Below are positions 35,097-38,856 of a DNA stretch of 38,856 bases, one piece after another (the first letter of the stretch is position 1; every line of letters starts with the position of its first letter). Origin of the DNA: Myxococcales bacterium (GTDB lineage: Bacteria; Myxococcota_A; Polyangia; Palsa-1104; JAEUJZ01); NCBI GenBank assembly GCA_033578775.1, contig JAVQWY010000014.1, forward strand, positions 64,001 through 102,856, given 5' to 3'. The translations under genes were made by a program, and so were the position numbers. Below the pieces are notes generated by a model. It was not told the DNA's origin. It searched no databases and was given only the letters and a program-made list of their open reading frames with translations.

Positions 35097-36025
35097 CCCC
35101 CCAGCTGGGCCTGGTCTGCCTGTCGGCCGGACCCGAGGTCCGCTTCCGCACCACCACCCGTGCCTTCCTGCACCGCCACCGCCCCTGCGAGGCCCAGCAG
35201 CTGCTCCGGGCACTCTACCGCGACAACCTCGCCCGCCTGGAACGCGCCTTCGCCTTCTGCGCCTCGCTCGGCATCTCGCTCTACCGCATGCCCTCCAGCC
35301 TCTTTCCCTTCGCCGACGCCGAGGGCGCCCCCCTGCTCGAAGAGCTCGCCGAGCCGCTGGCCGCCCTGGGCCGCCAGGCCCGCCAGCAAGGCCTCCGTCT
35401 GCTGCTCCACCCCGACCAGTTCGTCGTCCTCAGCTCCGACTCGGCCGCCACGGTGCGCAACGCCCACCTCATGCTCGCCATGCAGGGACGCCTGATGGAC
35501 CTGCTCGACCAGCCCCGCTCCCCCTGGGCCGCCATCAACATCCACGGCGGCAAGGCCGGACGCCTGGCCGCCCTGGTCCGCGAGATCCGCTCCCTGCCCG
35601 ACGCCGTGCGCACCCGCCTCACCCTGGAAAACGACGAGCGCGCCTACGGCAGCGCAGAGATCCTAGAAGCCTGCCAGCAGGCCGGCGTGCCCATGGTCTT
35701 CGACGCCCACCACCACCTTGTTCACGACCGCCTGTCCTCCTACGACGACCCGAGCATCGCCCACTGGCTGGCTGCCGCCCGCCAAAGCTGGCCCGACCCC
35801 TCCCTGCAGGTGGTCCACATCTCCAACGGCCGCGACCACCTGCAGGACGCCCGCCACAGCGACTGGATCACCCACATGCCCACCGCCTACCGCCACGCCC
35901 CCTGGATCGAGGTGGAGGCCAAAGCCAAAGACGAGGCCATCCGCCGCCTCCGCCAACGCTGGCGCCCCCTGCGAGCCCGACCCTCCGGCCCCCGCGCGCC
36001 CGGTGCCCAGCAAGCAAACCGCTAG
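35093..36025 (+). CDS. uvsE: UV DNA damage endonuclease
   Basis: LGLVCLS, SLGISLYRMPSSLFPF, LLLHPDQFVVLSS, NIHGG, LTLENDER and HIS of the UVDE/UvsE family. ATGA overlap with the ECF sigma stop. Confidence 0.85.
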   Translation: MTPQLGLVCLSAGPEVRFRTTTRAFLHRHRPCEAQQLLRALYRDNLARLERAFAFCASLGISLYRMPSSLFPFADAEGAPLLEELAEPLAALGRQARQQGLRLLLHPDQFVVLSSDSAATVRNAHLMLAMQGRLMDLLDQPRSPWAAINIHGGKAGRLAALVREIRSLPDAVRTRLTLENDERAYGSAEILEACQQAGVPMVFDAHHHLVHDRLSSYDDPSIAHWLAAARQSWPDPSLQVVHISNGRDHLQDARHSDWITHMPTAYRHAPWIEVEAKAKDEAIRRLRQRWRPLRARPSGPRAPGAQQANR

Positions 36026-36127
36026 GGCCCCCCGCCAGCCGCCCCCCCGCACGCCGCTCCCCCCAAGATGCCCTGCGAGCCCGACCCTCCGGCCCCCGAC
36101 GCGCCCGGTGCCCAGCAAGCAAACCGC
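35967..36127. repeat. 56/57-bp direct repeat (1 indel) with 104-bp period; copy 1 is the last 18 codons of uvsE
   Basis: ccctgcgagcccgaccctccggcccccg(a)cgcgcccggtgcccagcaagcaaaccgc at 35967-36022 and 36071-36127. Confidence 0.85.
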
Positions 36128-36136
36128 CCCTGCCCT

Positions 36137-37510
36137 TTACGGCGCGACCATCAAGCAGCGGGTGACCGGCTGCAGGATGTCGGCCGTCACATAAAGATAA
36201 TACCGTCGCCCGCTCACCAGCGGCGCCGGCGGCCCCGACAGCGGGAAACGCTGCCGCCCGCCCGCAGGCACCTGCCCATAGCGCACCGTGCCGCTGGCCC
36301 ACGGCTCCCCCTCCGGCGGCACATCGATGCGCCAAATCGTCCCAGCGGGCAAATCCAGATTCGGCGGCACCGTCGGCGAGGCCGCCCCCTCCTCCAGCAC
36401 ATACAGGTAGCGCGCCCGACCCCCACGCCACACGATCCGCCCATCCGGCGTCACCCCCTCCCCCCGCGTGCAGGCCGAGGGCCGGAACAACCGCTGCTCG
36501 TCGATCGGCCCAAACACATACCGCATCCCGGCAAACATCTCCTGGCGCAGCCCCCGCCGCTCCGCCTCCCGGACAAAGAAGCGCCGCATGCGGGCATCGT
36601 CCGTCGTGACAAAGATGGTGTGATGGGGGTTGTCCGGCGTGGCCCGCGAAAACCCGTTGTTCTCCTCTGGCGGATAGGCCCCCAGCCCAGAGGTGTCGAT
36701 CCAGCCCGCCCCCATGGCGATGCCGCGATCAAAAAACCCGTTGATGAAGTTGCCAGGCGCGTCCAGGTACCAGTTGGACGGCCCCCGCGGCGCGCTGCTG
36801 GAGTGGCAGCAGACGCAGGCCGTGGACTCGATCTGGCTCCGCACCCAGGCCAGCTCCTGCGCATACTCCGGATCCTGCAGCCGCTCATCCGGTCGGTCCG
36901 CCCCAGGGGCAGTCGGCACGGGATAGTAGGGTCGCTGGGTGCGCACCCGGTCGCAGCTCGCATAGTCGGCAAAGCGCCGTCCCGGCTCCGTGGCCCCAGA
37001 GATCATCTCCCAGGTGCACACCTGCCCCCCTGGCGACCGACCGGGCGGCTCCCCTGGCAGCGGGTCCTGGCATCGCCGCACCGGCTGCTGGAACACGACC
37101 AGCCCCCCGCCGCGGTCCTGGTCCGGATCGACCCCCCCACAGATCGGCGCCGGGTCGAACGCCCCCCGTCCGAAAAACTCACACCCCCGCAGCGTGGAGC
37201 CGCACGCCCCCGGGTCGTTGCCCGGCAGGCTGGCCCGGATGTAGCGGCCCTCCTGCTCCCAGATGCAGTAGCCCAGCACCTGCTCCAGGTTGCAGGCCTG
37301 GCCGATCGTCACCTCCCCCCCCCACGAGTCGCAGTCTTGCCGAATCTGCTCCTCGGTCCAGTCCCCGTGGTAGTCGCGACACTCGAACTTGCGGCTGAAG
37401 CGGTTTTCATACCGGCACGAGCCCGCGATCTCCTCCGGAATGACCGGCACTTCTTTCTTGGCGCAGCCCCCCAGCACAGCGACCAGGACACACATGATGC
37501 GGCACAACAT
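36137..37510 (-). CDS. hypothetical lipoprotein containing a single CXXCH motif
   Basis: Lipobox VAVLGGCA. Cys-rich N-terminal region. CVCCH matches the heme-c-binding pattern; a possible PSD1/DUF1587-like relation is unverified. Confidence 0.45.
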   Translation of the reverse strand: MLCRIMCVLVAVLGGCAKKEVPVIPEEIAGSCRYENRFSRKFECRDYHGDWTEEQIRQDCDSWGGEVTIGQACNLEQVLGYCIWEQEGRYIRASLPGNDPGACGSTLRGCEFFGRGAFDPAPICGGVDPDQDRGGGLVVFQQPVRRCQDPLPGEPPGRSPGGQVCTWEMISGATEPGRRFADYASCDRVRTQRPYYPVPTAPGADRPDERLQDPEYAQELAWVRSQIESTACVCCHSSSAPRGPSNWYLDAPGNFINGFFDRGIAMGAGWIDTSGLGAYPPEENNGFSRATPDNPHHTIFVTTDDARMRRFFVREAERRGLRQEMFAGMRYVFGPIDEQRLFRPSACTRGEGVTPDGRIVWRGGRARYLYVLEEGAASPTVPPNLDLPAGTIWRIDVPPEGEPWASGTVRYGQVPAGGRQRFPLSGPPAPLVSGRRYYLYVTADILQPVTRCLMVAP

Positions 37511-37742
37511 GATGGATCCAACCTCCTACCCCTTGGATGCCGTCCCCCTCCCGCCGGCGCCCGGCTGCCAGGAAAAAGCCACAGGCCCAGCGGCCCTCCA
37601 GCCGCCCCCTCCGCCACCCCGCTGTCTTTGGCGCCAGCAGGGCAGACCGCCTGCGGCATCTCATGGTATGAGATGGACGCCTAGCGGGACCCCACGTCCT
37701 CCGGGGACCGACCCTGTCTCACCCCTAGCTGCGAGGAAGACC

Positions 37743-38816
37743 ATGTTCAAGACCTGTCTGCCGCTGGCCTTGGTGTTGCTCCTTGGCTGCCCCCCCCCGC
37801 CGCCCCCCTGCCAGGGGGGGGAGTGCCCTGACCTGAAAGCAGACCCCCCCGATGCCGCCCCTGGCGATGCGGCCACCCCACCGGATGCCAGCGCGGCCGA
37901 CCTGCGTCCTGCCCCCGACCTGGTGGCAGGGGTGCCTGACCCGGGCCGCCCCGGACCGCGCCGCACCGTCCGCTTTGACCTGCGCGTGCCCGTGGCCCCT
38001 GGGGGGCTGCTGGACGTCACCGTGATCGGTCCCAGCGAGGATGGCCGGACGCTGTCGCGCTCAGGCGCCCCCTTCCCCGTGGTGATCATCTCCCCCGGCT
38101 TCACGCTGCCGCGGACGCAGTTTGCCGGCTACGGCGAGCGCCTGGCCAGCCACGGCCTGCTGGCAGTGCTCCAGAAGGCCCGCAACGAGACAGACCATGT
38201 GCAGTACCGCGACGACACCATCCGCCTGCTCGACTGGCTCGGCGCCCCCACCGGGCCGGATGCCTCGCGCCTGGAGGGACGTGCCGATGTGAACCGCGCA
38301 GGCGTGTGCGGCCACTCCCTCGGCGGCAAGATCTCCTACCTGGTGGCAGCGCGCGACCGGCGCATCCGCGGGGTCATCGGCATCGACCCGGTCGACGGCG
38401 GCGGCTTCGGCATGGCCCCCACGGCTCGGGAGGCGCTCCCCTCGGTGCGCCTGCCCCCGGGGATCGCCATCGGCTTCCTCGGCCAGACCATCAGCAAGAG
38501 CGGCCTGATGCCCTGCACCCCGGCCGACCGCAACTACGAGGTGCTCTATGCGGCCGCGCCCGCCCCCGCTTTTGCCATCACCTTCGTGGGGGCGGCCCAC
38601 AACGACTTCGTCGATGACTTTGGCAGCTGCTTCCAGTGCGGCTTCTGCCCGGGCAGCACCGCGCCGCGCGAGCGCACGCGCGACCTGGCCATCCGCTACG
38701 TCACCGCCTACTTCCTGAAGGCCCTGGCCGGAATCGCCGGGGCCGAGGACTACCTGTCCGGCGAGGCCTTCCAGCGGGACGTGATGTCGGGCGCCGTGAC
38801 CCGCCAGGCCAAGTGA
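37743..38816 (+). CDS. lipoprotein alpha/beta-hydrolase, cutinase/PETase/chlorophyllase-like (polyesterase/lipase fold)
   Basis: Lipobox LLLGC followed by PPPPPPC. FPVVIISPGFTLPRTQFAGYGERLASHGLLAV parallels the cutinase/PETase core. GHSLGG is the nucleophile elbow. GAGGAAG RBS. Confidence 0.7.
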   Translation: MFKTCLPLALVLLLGCPPPPPPCQGGECPDLKADPPDAAPGDAATPPDASAADLRPAPDLVAGVPDPGRPGPRRTVRFDLRVPVAPGGLLDVTVIGPSEDGRTLSRSGAPFPVVIISPGFTLPRTQFAGYGERLASHGLLAVLQKARNETDHVQYRDDTIRLLDWLGAPTGPDASRLEGRADVNRAGVCGHSLGGKISYLVAARDRRIRGVIGIDPVDGGGFGMAPTAREALPSVRLPPGIAIGFLGQTISKSGLMPCTPADRNYEVLYAAAPAPAFAITFVGAAHNDFVDDFGSCFQCGFCPGSTAPRERTRDLAIRYVTAYFLKALAGIAGAEDYLSGEAFQRDVMSGAVTRQAK

Positions 38817-38856
38817 GCGCCGCAGAGCCGGCGGGGGGCCTGCATTCTACCCGCTA

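Noticed and set aside
20583-36127. Repeat-spacer-repeat loci as bona fide CRISPR arrays
   Set aside because: Each locus has only two repeat copies and every locus has a different repeat sequence. There is no leader, no cas genes in the window, and several repeats are coding. Automated CRISPR finders might flag them, but they are not arrays. They are reported instead as possible ectopic-integration scars.
36068-37684. 538-aa plus-strand ORF starting inside uvsE repeat copy 2
   Set aside because: Pro/Arg/Gly-rich nonsense, entirely antisense to the well-formed lipoprotein gene 36137-37510. It is produced by the repeat copy with a 1-nt indel.
1-38856. tRNA/rRNA genes, insertion sequences, integrases, toxin-antitoxin or known defence systems
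   Set aside because: No cloverleaf-compatible conserved tRNA motifs (for example the GTTCGAATC T-loop) were found, and no transposase- or integrase-like ORF or terminal inverted repeats. None is reported.

Overview
This 38.9-kb window is very GC-rich bacterial chromosome (roughly 70% GC, judged by eye). Genes are densely packed on both strands, several with 4-bp ATGA overlaps that suggest translational coupling. The gene content looks Myxococcota-like: an MJ0042-type zinc-ribbon protein, a sigma-54/NtrC-family regulator, two ECF sigma factors, TonB and ExbB-ExbD-ExbD proteins, and many secreted lipoproteins and outer-membrane proteins.

Housekeeping genes are present: purA, 6-phosphofructokinase and pyruvate kinase.

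The main regulatory genes are:
- a sensor kinase plus sigma-54 activator pair, followed by a textbook sigma-54 promoter;
- an ECF sigma with a putative anti-sigma;
- a second ECF sigma translationally coupled to the UV-damage endonuclease UvsE.

The most notable coding content is eukaryote-like lipid enzymology:
- a clear ERG6-type sterol C-24 methyltransferase, transcribed divergently from a geranylgeranyl-reductase-family flavoenzyme;
- a sphingosine-1-phosphate-lyase-family PLP enzyme.

A co-oriented cluster encodes a secreted staphylococcal-nuclease-like thermonuclease, a lipoprotein made of tandem Cys-flanked DxDxDG (Ca-binding-loop-like) repeats, and an outer-membrane beta-barrel carrying the same repeats.

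The most unusual non-coding signal is a recurring repeat-spacer-repeat structure. At least five loci carry a perfect 35-36 bp direct repeat separated by a unique 36-40 bp (up to about 50 bp) segment, and each locus has a different repeat sequence. Most of these sit exactly on gene 3' ends, and at one locus on a gene start. The geometry matches what ectopic Cas1-Cas2 spacer integration (neo-CRISPR) would produce. Minisatellite evolution or assembly artefact are the alternatives.

No tRNA, rRNA, IS element or bona fide CRISPR array was seen.
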